From Methanobacterium sp. (lineage in GTDB: Archaea; Methanobacteriota; Methanobacteria; Methanobacteriales; Methanobacteriaceae), in NCBI GenBank assembly GCA_003166335.1, contig PMWA01000062.1, positions 1 to 53,668 of the forward strand: DNA of 53,668 bases. The letters run 5' to 3'. The position numbers and the translations under genes are program-made. This document shows, in pieces, positions 9,102 to 17,014 of the stretch (position 1 is its first letter; each line of letters begins with the position of its first letter). The notes below the pieces were generated by a model. The model was not told the origin of the DNA. It saw nothing but the letters and a program-made list of their open reading frames with translations, and made no database searches.

Positions 9102-10592
9102 CTACCACGTTCCTATTTCAACATATTCATTTGGTTCCTCTGGAATATCTAACTCACTAAAAGAACCTGAAAGAGCATCAACGAAATCTTTATGTTTATT
9201 ATTGGGGAAATCAGTGACAACTGTGATAAAACGTTTAATCGCCCCTTCTTTACTTCCATGAAAATTAGTGATGATTTCTCCAGGTGCATTCCTATAAATA
9301 TAAATTTTATTTATTTTCGCCCAACTACCAGGCGCTTCAGCCCTATATTCTTTATCACCAGATTCTATAATTCCTTCAAAATTATAACCTGGCATCATCA
9401 AAGAATATTTTTTAACTTGACCTTTGGAAGCTTGGCCAGGATCTTGAGGTATACAATATTTTGGTTTTTTACCGCCGAGTTTGACGCTTTGAATTATATT
9501 CTTAGTTACAGTATCCTCTTCTTCCCACATTTCCTCTAAATATGTGATAAATAAACGCATATCTTGTGTTAAAGCTAATCGAACCGTTGCAGTTGCAGCT
9601 CCTCTCTGTTTTATTGGCACTTGTGGGGGATATGATGTAGCTGCAAGGTCGGACCATTGTACCTCTTGAATAATATTATCTGGTAAGTAATCAACAATTT
9701 CAAAATCTTGTTGTCTGTAAAATTTACCTTCACGTTCTTTTGGGTTTCCTTGGTGAATCGCATTAAACCTATGTTCACCCATTGTATTTTTAAGACGTTC
9801 TGCTTTTGCTTTATCAACTCGTTCATGCCATATTGGTTCTCCAGGTTCACGTCCTAATATATCATTTTCTTCAGCTAGTAATGGTAAATTTAAAACCACC
9901 CAGGTATCTTCAGGTATACTTTCTCCATTTCTAAGGAGTTTTATAGCATCTTTAGCTAATATGTACGGTTCTGCATCTAATATTTGACCTGCAAGATCAC
10001 AAATATCCAATCTTTGAGCAATATAAACCATTGCTCCAGGCATACCGTCTGTTATATCCTTTTCTACTCGTTGCAATCCGATGTTAAGATACCATTCCCA
10101 TGTTCTCTCTTGATATGTGGGTGATCGGGCTTCTTCAATGTTTTTATGAGGATCATCGATAATGAAAAGGTTTGCACCTTCACCCATAATAGGACCACCA
10201 GAACCTCCGGTGACCAATCCACCTTTATGTCCTTTTATATCCCATTTATGGGAAGCTTTACTATCATCTTTTATAAGAACATCAGATAGGAACATATCAG
10301 TTCCATAATAATGTAATAGATCTCTTGTTTCACGTCCCCATTTAGCTGCAAAACCTGCACCATAACTGGTGAGTATAGCTCTTTTTTCTAAGAATGTTCC
10401 AAGATACCAAGATAAAAAATATTTACTTATTAATTCACTTTTACCATGCCTTGGAGGCATGAAAATCATTAATCGATTTAACTTACCTTGAATTAAAAAT
10501 AATAAAAATTCAATAACTATAATTAAATGTTTAAGAGGTTTCCAACGTTTCTTAGATGCCTCAATTGCATAAGTACCCACACCATAGGGCAT
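9102..10592 (-). CDS. terL: Terminase large subunit
   Basis: Walker A-like PPRHGKSE and Walker B-like LFIIDDPH, followed by a C-terminal nuclease-sized domain. The start at MPYGVG lies 1 nt after the upstream stop; the track's longer N-terminus overlaps terS. Confidence 0.85.
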   Translation of the reverse strand: MPYGVGTYAIEASKKRWKPLKHLIIVIEFLLFLIQGKLNRLMIFMPPRHGKSELISKYFLSWYLGTFLEKRAILTSYGAGFAAKWGRETRDLLHYYGTDMFLSDVLIKDDSKASHKWDIKGHKGGLVTGGSGGPIMGEGANLFIIDDPHKNIEEARSPTYQERTWEWYLNIGLQRVEKDITDGMPGAMVYIAQRLDICDLAGQILDAEPYILAKDAIKLLRNGESIPEDTWVVLNLPLLAEENDILGREPGEPIWHERVDKAKAERLKNTMGEHRFNAIHQGNPKEREGKFYRQQDFEIVDYLPDNIIQEVQWSDLAATSYPPQVPIKQRGAATATVRLALTQDMRLFITYLEEMWEEEDTVTKNIIQSVKLGGKKPKYCIPQDPGQASKGQVKKYSLMMPGYNFEGIIESGDKEYRAEAPGSWAKINKIYIYRNAPGEIITNFHGSKEGAIKRFITVVTDFPNNKHKDFVDALSGSFSELDIPEEPNEYVEIGTW

Positions 10593-10593
10593 C

Positions 10594-11160
10594 TTACGAT
10601 TCAATTTTTTCTTCTTTTTCACTGAGGACACGCAAGACACCTAATTCCTGTTCCCTAAACTCATCAGTGCCTAATAATTCTAATGTATGCTTAAACCTAT
10701 GTTCTGATCTGACTTCAGCGTCCAACTCAATCTTAGTTATATCTTCTCCTTGAGCTGTTTTAATCATGTCCTGGGCAATTTTACCACTTTCAACTGTGAA
10801 CTTCAATAATGTCACTGGGATAAATGCCTCAGCATCTAATTTTCTATTGATTATGTCTAATTGTTTTTGAGCTACTTCTAAAGCTTTACGTCCGAACTTT
10901 TCACATAATAAATCATCTTCAACTATATCATCTGCAAGTAAATCTGACTTTTTTTCTAATGATTTTTGCTCGGTCCTTGCTCGGAACTTTGCTCGTTCTC
11001 CTTTCCAATTTTCATTAGATGCTCTTTCACCTAATGTTCCAGGACTACATCCATGAATTTTACATAGTTGTTTTTGGCTTGGGAATCTTTTTGTACCATC
11101 TTCTTCTTTTATACCTTGTATATATTGTTTTTTGATTGTTTCCCATCTATATTTGGCCAT
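10594..11160 (-). CDS. Putative terminase small subunit (N-terminal HTH)
   Basis: Sits immediately upstream of terL. It has an HTH-like segment QKQLCKIHGCSPGTLGERA followed by coiled coil. Confidence 0.45.
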   Translation of the reverse strand: MAKYRWETIKKQYIQGIKEEDGTKRFPSQKQLCKIHGCSPGTLGERASNENWKGERAKFRARTEQKSLEKKSDLLADDIVEDDLLCEKFGRKALEVAQKQLDIINRKLDAEAFIPVTLLKFTVESGKIAQDMIKTAQGEDITKIELDAEVRSEHRFKHTLELLGTDEFREQELGVLRVLSEKEEKIES

Positions 11161-11194
11161 ATTAAATCACTCGTTTTTTTGCTCGGTTGCTCGG
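10966..11194. repeat. Cluster of TTGCTCG(G/T) repeats (pac-site candidate)
   Basis: Copies at 10966, 10977 and 10989 are phased 11-12 bp apart inside the terS 5-prime region. Tandem copies lie at 11179 and 11187 just upstream of terS. Confidence 0.45.
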
Positions 11195-11280
11195 TGAATA
11201 TTTTTTGTTCTATTTTTTAAATATTTTAGAAAATTTAGGTGATCTTGAGCTGTTGGAAATTCATTATTTCTTTCATTCAT
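11167..11280 (-). CDS. Small hypothetical ORF (37 aa)
   Basis: Hand-translated; fills the gap between the zinc-ribbon ORF and terS. Confidence 0.2.
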   Translation of the reverse strand: MNERNNEFPTAQDHLNFLKYLKNRTKNIHRATEQKNE

Positions 11281-11285
11281 TTGGA

Positions 11286-11507
11286 TTACCAAATTGTCCT
11301 TGAATCTGATAATATTTTTGAAGGTTTAATACCTGCTTTAACCATAGGATGACCACACATTAAACAATTAAATTCCCTTACCTTACCGGTGACTGGATTA
11401 ATTTTACCATAATCAAATATAGCTTCAGCTGCCTTCCTATCCTTGGATCCAACTATTACTGTTAATCCGCAGTCTGGATTATCACATTTCAGAGTTAAAA
11501 TTACCAT
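11286..11507 (-). CDS. Small zinc-ribbon protein
   Basis: CDNPDC ... CLMCGH four-Cys pattern. Confidence 0.5.
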   Translation of the reverse strand: MVILTLKCDNPDCGLTVIVGSKDRKAAEAIFDYGKINPVTGKVREFNCLMCGHPMVKAGIKPSKILSDSRTIW

Positions 11508-11525
11508 AATTTCAATTCCTTCTTT

Positions 11526-11768
11526 TTATAGAATATGGAAAACATTTACTAATGAATAAACTATTACCCAAACAATTGCACCAAAAATAACACCTATAAT
11601 CGTGAATACTCCAACAGTTTTAGTCCAATGCCACTGTTTCTGTTCGGTATATTTACCAATATCTATAGATTCCTGTTTATCTTTCTCCTCTAATGTCCCT
11701 ACTCTCTCTGAAACTTTACAGATTTTATTATCCTGCTCTCTGAGTATTTTAACAACTTCATCATCCAT
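11526..11768 (-). CDS. Small protein with charged N-terminus and C-terminal TM helix (holin-like topology)
   Basis: Hydrophobic segment VGVFTIIGVIFGAIVWVIVYSLV. Confidence 0.45.
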   Translation of the reverse strand: MDDEVVKILREQDNKICKVSERVGTLEEKDKQESIDIGKYTEQKQWHWTKTVGVFTIIGVIFGAIVWVIVYSLVNVFHIL

Positions 11769-11805
11769 AACTAATCAGCTCAGAAAACACTAATACCATC
11801 TTTCA

Positions 11806-12180
11806 TTAAATCCGACCTTTATGAATATAAAAATTATGTATAATTAGATAAATTTTATAAATAGTATAAATTAATAAAATAATTAAAAGAATTTCAAATC
11901 CTTGTGCAATTTGGGTGGCTGGAAAGGGAATATTATTTAAAAAATTAGCCAATGCTGTCGGCACTACAACCCTATTCATTGAATAAGCGTTTGTATAAGC
12001 AACAAAGAATAATGCAATGAATTGAGCTAAATCTATACGGAATTCCCATGTTTTATAAAATTTCTCTTGTGGTTCTTCTTGAATTTGACAAGTCCGCCAT
12101 TCATCCCACTTTTCAGCTTCTTCCTTTTGGAGTTGGGTATTCTCCTTAATAGCTTTTGTAAGCTCTTGCAATTCACTCAT
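11806..12180 (-). CDS. Small membrane protein
   Basis: Charged N-terminal helix followed by 2-3 hydrophobic segments. Confidence 0.45.
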   Translation of the reverse strand: MSELQELTKAIKENTQLQKEEAEKWDEWRTCQIQEEPQEKFYKTWEFRIDLAQFIALFFVAYTNAYSMNRVVVPTALANFLNNIPFPATQIAQGFEILLIILLIYTIYKIYLIIHNFYIHKGRI

Positions 12181-12186
12181 AGTTAA

Positions 12187-12555
12187 TCACCATAAATGTA
12201 CTGCTAAACCTAAACAAAAACAAAATGCACCTACACCTACTATTATACTAATTTCAGTTCGTGTATTATTCCAAAAACCAGATTCAAGTGCTATTTCTTC
12301 ATTTTGTAGTTGTTTTTCCTGCCTTTTTTCAGCAGCATTATCTCTTGTTTTTTCAGTTGCTTTATCCACATATTCTTCTACTGCCTCATGTCCTGTGATA
12401 TACTTATTAATATCGTCTACAATTGTCTTAATACCTTTTAATTCTTTATTAGTATTAATTAAATAGAGAATAAGAACATTATGGGCTGGACATACTTTTT
12501 CTGGTAGTTTACCATCCATATCTTTGAGTAATTGTTTTTCGATTTCATCTTCCAT
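12187..12555 (-). CDS. Small protein with coiled-coil region and C-terminal TM helix
   Basis: C-terminal segment ISIIVGVGAFCFCLGLAVHLW. Confidence 0.45.
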   Translation of the reverse strand: MEDEIEKQLLKDMDGKLPEKVCPAHNVLILYLINTNKELKGIKTIVDDINKYITGHEAVEEYVDKATEKTRDNAAEKRQEKQLQNEEIALESGFWNNTRTEISIIVGVGAFCFCLGLAVHLW

Positions 12556-12592
12556 AGCCGTCCAACCTCCTAAAAAAAAATAAGAAAAGAGA

Positions 12593-13207
12593 TTATTTAG
12601 GGCTAGCTGTCAATAAATTTTTAACTTCAACAATACCTTGAGTGATTATATTCTGATCACCATTAGGTGCATTGGATAGTACTGATGCAAGTTTGGTTAA
12701 TAAATCTGGGTTTTCCTTTACAGTATTTGCAACATTAACTATATCCTGTAATAGTGCTGGGTTATTTTGGACTACTGCAGTGGCCTGGTTTATTATATCC
12801 TGGGCTGCTGGGGCCTGTATAGTGGCAGCTGCAGGGGCGGCGGTTTCAGCCACTGGTGTACTTGTTTCTGCTGGAGCTGTGGTTGCTTGTGTTTCAGGTG
12901 GGGTTGAATTTGCATCTGCAGGTGCAGCATTAAGGTCTACTGCTACTGTTGGATCAGTTGTTGCAGTTGTACTATCCGAATCATCATCACTATTACCTGA
13001 CGCATCTACTAATTCTTGTTCCCTATTAATCACATCATTTAAATAATCTAAAGCATCCAATTCATCTTCCACTGCTTTCACCGCTACAACTACATCATTC
13101 GGTGATGCAGCTGCTGAGATTGCGGTTACAAAATTAGCTTTAGCTGCTGCACTCATAGCAGTGTATTGTGTTTGTAATCCATCTATTTGTGTTTGAGTTA
13201 AAACCAT
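12593..13207 (-). CDS. Hypothetical protein with Ala/Thr/Pro-rich linker and conserved C-terminal NNP.LL..I.NV repeat domain
   Basis: Its C-terminal roughly 70 aa align with those of 13334-13903. The start was chosen at the second ATG, which has GGAGG 11 nt upstream. Confidence 0.55.
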   Translation of the reverse strand: MVLTQTQIDGLQTQYTAMSAAAKANFVTAISAAASPNDVVVAVKAVEDELDALDYLNDVINREQELVDASGNSDDDSDSTTATTDPTVAVDLNAAPADANSTPPETQATTAPAETSTPVAETAAPAAATIQAPAAQDIINQATAVVQNNPALLQDIVNVANTVKENPDLLTKLASVLSNAPNGDQNIITQGIVEVKNLLTASPK

Positions 13208-13333
13208 AAATATCATTCCTCCATTCTCCGTTTTATATCACTTATATATGCATCATTCACGAATTCATTAAAATCATCTTCATATTCCTTAAAAGGATTT
13301 GATTTATAAGTGGAGTTAATAACTACCAACTAA

Positions 13334-13903
13334 TCAGGCCCCAACTGGAACGGTATTATCATTTGGAATTAAATTTTTAACAGCTGCAATTCCATTACTT
13401 ATCAGATTCAAATCACCATTACTATTATTCAGGACAGTTTGCACTTGACCTAATAAGTTCTGGTCACCTGAAACGACACCTACTACATTTATTATATCAT
13501 TAAGTAATGTTGGGTTGTTTTGTACAAGGTTTATTGCCTGTGTAATTACATCATTTGGGTTTATAACAACTGGAGTTTGAACTTGTGCTGCATCACCATT
13601 ACCAGTTGTTGAACCTAGAGTTGGATCTGTTATAACAGTAGAATCTGCATCTGGAACTACCACATTATCATCTGATGCATCCCCATCAGTTACCGGTGTT
13701 TCATCAACTACTGGTGTAATCGGCAGCGCTGCTGCTAGCACTGGGGCTGCTTTCCCAACTGCTGGAGCTGTTAAGTATCCTATAATACCGGAAACTACAA
13801 CTAAACCTATATTACTATTTCCGGTGATCAAAGCTACAATTCCTATGGCAGCTATTCCACCTATTCCTATCACTTGTACAGTGTTATTTTCAAATTTTGT
13901 CAT
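13334..13903 (-). CDS. Membrane-anchored paralogue of 12593-13207
   Basis: Has an N-terminal Gly/Ile-rich TM region, a Pro/Val/Asp/Thr linker and the shared C-terminal domain. The start at MTKFEN is preceded by GGAGG. Confidence 0.55.
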   Translation of the reverse strand: MTKFENNTVQVIGIGGIAAIGIVALITGNSNIGLVVVSGIIGYLTAPAVGKAAPVLAAALPITPVVDETPVTDGDASDDNVVVPDADSTVITDPTLGSTTGNGDAAQVQTPVVINPNDVITQAINLVQNNPTLLNDIINVVGVVSGDQNLLGQVQTVLNNSNGDLNLISNGIAAVKNLIPNDNTVPVGA

Positions 13904-13942
13904 TTTTATACCTCCAAAGGTTTTATATTTTTGCAAAAATTT

Positions 13943-13958
13943 TTCATCAATTGATGAA
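13943..13958. promoter_or_regulatory. Perfect 16-bp palindrome TTCATCAATTGATGAA
   Basis: Lies about 40 nt upstream of the 13903 start. A related palindrome occurs at 14232-14251. Confidence 0.4.
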
Positions 13959-13984
13959 GTTGTTTTGATAATTTAATGAGAATT

Positions 13985-14024
13985 AAAAAAAAAGGTTTTT
14001 AAGGGTGAGAAAGTCCTTAAAACC
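13985..14024 (-). terminator. Stem-loop followed by a T9 run (minus strand)
   Basis: GGTTTTAAGG-loop-CCTTAAAAACC followed by nine T on the minus strand. Confidence 0.5.
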
Positions 14025-14231
14025 CATATCTACATCTGGAGTAAGGTAAAATAGTAGGTGGTTTGGGGATTTATCAGATGTAAGACTAAATATTAAAACC
14101 CCATAATGGCATGTAAACAGAGGTGATTAATCTCTCATACAGGGTTTTAAAAATGAGGAGGTGCTCTAAATGGCAGTAAAGAGCACTCACAAAGTGATCT
14201 AAGATCGGCTTTTTATTGCAGAAAAAGCTAT

Positions 14232-14251
14232 CTCATCAATGAATTGATGAG
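14232..14251. promoter_or_regulatory. Palindrome CTCATCAAT-GA-ATTGATGAG
   Basis: Shares the TCATCAAT/ATTGATGA arms with 13943-13958. Confidence 0.35.
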
Positions 14252-14403
14252 TTTAAACCTTCCCCGAAGGGAAGGAAAAATTTACACAATTACCTATTTT
14301 TAATGTAAAACAGGGTTTTTTAGTCATTTGATTATACAAATGCCAGTAAATTCTGTGAATTAATAATTTGGATGCACCCTTTTTTAAAAAGTGATGTATT
14401 AAA

Positions 14404-14446
14404 ACCGTCTCCAAATAAAACAGTTTTCCGACCATGAATTTATGAT
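14404..14446. repeat. Direct repeat, copy A, flanking the HNH-AP2 gene
   Basis: ACCGTCTCCAAATAAAACAGTTTTCCGACCATGAATTTATGAT matches copy B at 14935-14978 apart from a few mismatches and indels. Confidence 0.6.
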
Positions 14447-14448
14447 AT

Positions 14449-14937
14449 CTATAATTCACAAATCAACTTCTCACCTGTTAATTTATGGACGGCATTTTTA
14501 TAAGCTTCAAATGCTTTCTTTTCACCTTTTGGGGTTTTTTTAAAACTACCTAAATATTTATTTTTGCCCTTAATATTAATAACAGCACGAAATCCATTCT
14601 TACTGTTAACTACCCCAGGATATTTACTAAACCTTTCATCATGTCTATTCTGAGTATTCTGTCTTCTCGTTACGATTCTTAAATTACAGCGACGGTTGTC
14701 AAGTCCATCTCCATTAATATGATCACATTCTTGACCATCTGTAGCATTAGAAATGCATCTATGCATCCTATAATATGGTCTAGGTTTTTTAGAACGACTT
14801 CCATTTCTACATGCATAATATACATTATTAGAATCTTTTTTAGCAAACCATTTATATTGGTTTAAAAAATTAAAGTCTTCATCATCGACTAAAGCAATTT
14901 TATCCTGTGTTAATGAAATTTCTTTAACTATTTTACC
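14449..14937 (-). CDS. HNH endonuclease with one AP2 domain; no canonical start codon for the full-length frame
   Basis: DHINGDGLDNRRCNLRIV (HNH) and YPGV...GFRAVI..KGK.KYLGSF....EA..AY (AP2). The frame stays open upstream of the track's internal ATG at 14766 and aligns with the N-terminus of the 20526-21242 paralogue. GGT occupies the position where that paralogue has ATG. Confidence 0.6.
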   Translation of the reverse strand, partial: GKIVKEISLTQDKIALVDDEDFNFLNQYKWFAKKDSNNVYYACRNGSRSKKPRPYYRMHRCISNATDGQECDHINGDGLDNRRCNLRIVTRRQNTQNRHDERFSKYPGVVNSKNGFRAVINIKGKNKYLGSFKKTPKGEKKAFEAYKNAVHKLTGEKLICEL

Positions 14938-14978
14938 GCCTCCTAAATAAAACAGTTTCCTAACCGTGAATTTTTGAT
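14935..14978. repeat. Direct repeat, copy B, flanking the HNH-AP2 gene
   Basis: See 14404-14446. Copy B overlaps the GGAGG and the first codons of the HNH frame. Confidence 0.6.
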
Positions 14979-15092
14979 TAAAACTTTTAAAAGTTTAGGG
15001 GATAGGAAAAAAGATGTTGAGCGAGTAGTAAAAAAAAACCTATCCCCCTTATATGGTGATTCAATTGAAGAAACTCGTAAGTTCCGTCAAAG

Positions 15093-15551
15093 TCAATTCT
15101 TTTGTATAAATACTTTCTTCTGATTTTTGGGTTCAGTGTCATAGAAATTCAAATGCCAAGGATATATAATATCATTGTCAGCAGGTCCTGCGAGTACCAA
15201 TCCACAGCTTTTACAAACAGTGTTGCCATGTTTATATATTTCTTCAAATTCTGTTCCATTACAATCTGGGCAGTGGTCTTTAGTTACGAGGTAATAAGGA
15301 TTTATTATGGTTATTTTATCATAAGCTACCAGCATGGGGCTTCCATATATTTTCAATGTGCAATTAGTACAGCTTCTTATAATGCCCTTTTTAGTCATCT
15401 GTTCTTCACAATCGGGGCATTCCTTATTTAACACTTTTTTTAACCATTCATGGTTATATTTAAAGTGATGTTTAGGTTTGTTTCCAACTGTTTGCATTCC
15501 ACCATGTCCAAGGGGTGTAATGTCCCCCTTTAATTTTGATAAGCTTATCAT
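15093..15551 (-). CDS. Double zinc-ribbon protein; the C-terminal ribbon is TFIIB/TFB-type
   Basis: CPDCNGTEFEEIYKHGNTVCKSCGLVLAGP matches the TFB N-terminal ribbon pattern CP.CG......D...GE.VC..CGLV. An additional CPDC...CTNC ribbon lies upstream. Confidence 0.6.
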   Translation of the reverse strand: MISLSKLKGDITPLGHGGMQTVGNKPKHHFKYNHEWLKKVLNKECPDCEEQMTKKGIIRSCTNCTLKIYGSPMLVAYDKITIINPYYLVTKDHCPDCNGTEFEEIYKHGNTVCKSCGLVLAGPADNDIIYPWHLNFYDTEPKNQKKVFIQKN

Positions 15552-15558
15552 GAGAAAA

Positions 15559-16029
15559 CTACATCAACATTGAACTGTTCTTTACTTTCTCTGTAGGACA
15601 CAGTGGGGATAAGTATATATTGGTCTGGAATTGAGCAGCCAAGCGTGTAACAATCATAGAATAAGTGGAAAGGGTTAAATCATTCTCCCTACATACTTTA
15701 TATCTATGTATCTGGCTAGTTTTGCAATTATGATAATAACATTTCACATAAAAAGCAATAGCAATTACAATTGTCTGCCATTTACAACGCTTACATAAAT
15801 CATTCAAACTATCCAAATTTTTAATGATATGTCTAATCCTTTTTCTGTGATTCTTTATATTCAACTCCTCAGCGACATAATTAACATAATTCAACCGTTC
15901 ATATAACCTCTGCTGCTGTTTCGCATCTTCTTGAAGTTTTTTAGATTCCCCTTTTTGTGGATTTTTATATAAATTTAATAACATACCTACAGGTCTTCCC
16001 GGATCTGTATTACAATCTATCATAATCAC
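15559..16029 (-). CDS. Possible single cyclin-fold (TFB core-like) protein
   Basis: RLNYVNYVAEELNI....R.RI..II ... TIVIAIAFYVKCYYHNCKTSQIHRYKVCRENDLTLSTYSMIVTRLA resembles one TFB cyclin repeat. The similarity was judged by eye only. Confidence 0.3.
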   Translation of the reverse strand: MIMIDCNTDPGRPVGMLLNLYKNPQKGESKKLQEDAKQQQRLYERLNYVNYVAEELNIKNHRKRIRHIIKNLDSLNDLCKRCKWQTIVIAIAFYVKCYYHNCKTSQIHRYKVCRENDLTLSTYSMIVTRLAAQFQTNIYLSPLCPTEKVKNSSMLM

Positions 16030-16050
16030 CGCCCCTAAAGAAATTAGATT

Positions 16051-16731
16051 TTAACCTTCTAATGGAATAGTAATTTTTTGAACTGTACTTTCCTGATCGA
16101 TATGGAGTTTAACTAAGCTTTTCAAATGATTCGGCAATGTTTCATATAAGTCCAATAATGATTTTTGCTGAGGAAAATCAGCTTTTAAGATATTATCCTC
16201 AGGATCTATCGTTATCAAGGCAGCATTGATAAGACTTGGTAATAATTCAGTGATAAGGAGAATTTGAGTAGTAGTCTTAGGAGTATTTTCAGGATCTGCA
16301 TAAGTTCTATGGTCTGGTGTATTTGCAACTGTTTTTGGTGATTCAATAGGTCTATTTTTAGACTTAATTTCTTCAACTGGTTTTGAAATTTCTTCCGCGA
16401 CAGTTTTTCCAGGTAAAGTATAATAATTTTTATTACCATCTCTACGGACATTTAAAAGTTTATTATCAATTAGAAACGCTGTTAACTTTTGAATATAACC
16501 TACTGGCTTGTCAATCTGGCTTTTAATCAAGCTTGTAATTATTTCATCATATTCACCGAATAAAGGTTTTAATTTAACATCAAATAAATTCCTGAATTCC
16601 CTTTCCTTACACTCCATACACGTTTCCCAATTAGATTTTTTAACTCCACCACAAATCGGACATTCCTGAGGATTTAATTCTTTTCCCACATTTTCCACCT
16701 CTGAATTATTTACTTCTTTTTTATTAACCAT
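16051..16731 (-). CDS. Zinc-ribbon plus winged-helix-like DNA-binding protein
   Basis: CPICGG...CMEC, then GYIQKLTAFLIDNKLLNVRRDGNKNYYTL. The start was moved to MVNKKE to avoid overlapping the upstream ORF. Confidence 0.45.
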   Translation of the reverse strand: MVNKKEVNNSEVENVGKELNPQECPICGGVKKSNWETCMECKEREFRNLFDVKLKPLFGEYDEIITSLIKSQIDKPVGYIQKLTAFLIDNKLLNVRRDGNKNYYTLPGKTVAEEISKPVEEIKSKNRPIESPKTVANTPDHRTYADPENTPKTTTQILLITELLPSLINAALITIDPEDNILKADFPQQKSLLDLYETLPNHLKSLVKLHIDQESTVQKITIPLEG

Positions 16732-16756
16732 TGACTTGATTATATTCCTATTCTTT

Positions 16757-17014
16757 TTACTTTCCAAAAAATGAAGTCCATCTCGCGCCAATATTAACAC
16801 TTCCCTTAGTATAACCCCTTACAGCTAAAATCCAGAATATAATATATAAAAAAACAAGATTCCATGAATTTGATAAATAAGTCTGCAATATAATTAATGG
16901 ATTGCTGCAACACCACACTAAAAAACCTGCTTTATTACCTTCAGCTATCCAATAAGCACCTAAAAGAGATAAAAAAGACGCAAACCAAAATAAAAATAAA
17001 CTAAAATTAATCAT
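16757..17014 (-). CDS. Small 3-TM membrane protein
   Basis: Three hydrophobic segments in 85 aa. Confidence 0.45.
   Translation of the reverse strand: MINFSLFLFWFASFLSLLGAYWIAEGNKAGFLVWCCSNPLIILQTYLSNSWNLVFLYIIFWILAVRGYTKGSVNIGARWTSFFGK

Larger units (their letters stand above)
13985..14280 (-). ncRNA. Candidate structured viral RNA of about 300 nt
   Basis: At least seven stems of 7-10 bp lie in a visibly GC-richer segment with no convincing ORF. On the minus strand they include a C(UUCG)G tetraloop hairpin (14258-14275). A TATA-like TTAAAAATA lies about 26 nt upstream, and a hairpin plus T9 lies at the 3-prime end. Confidence 0.45.

Noticed and set aside
12672-13046. 124-aa ORF on the plus strand
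   Set aside because: It is antisense to the Ala/Thr/Pro-rich linker of 12593-13207, a typical shadow ORF of a GC-richer low-complexity stretch.
12593-13936. Possible diversity-generating retroelement target/template pair
   Set aside because: No reverse transcriptase lies nearby. The two copies are diverged throughout at the DNA level rather than differing at adenine-specific positions.
14253-14459. 68-aa ORF on the minus strand
   Set aside because: It overlaps the stem-rich segment and one flanking direct repeat, has no RBS and an implausible sequence. The region is better explained as RNA or regulatory DNA.
13985-14937. IscB/HEARO-like (omega RNA plus HNH nuclease) system
   Set aside because: The HNH protein is small, carries AP2 DNA-binding modules and has no RuvC domain. 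The RNA lies downstream rather than upstream. Only a loose analogy remains, so no homology is claimed.
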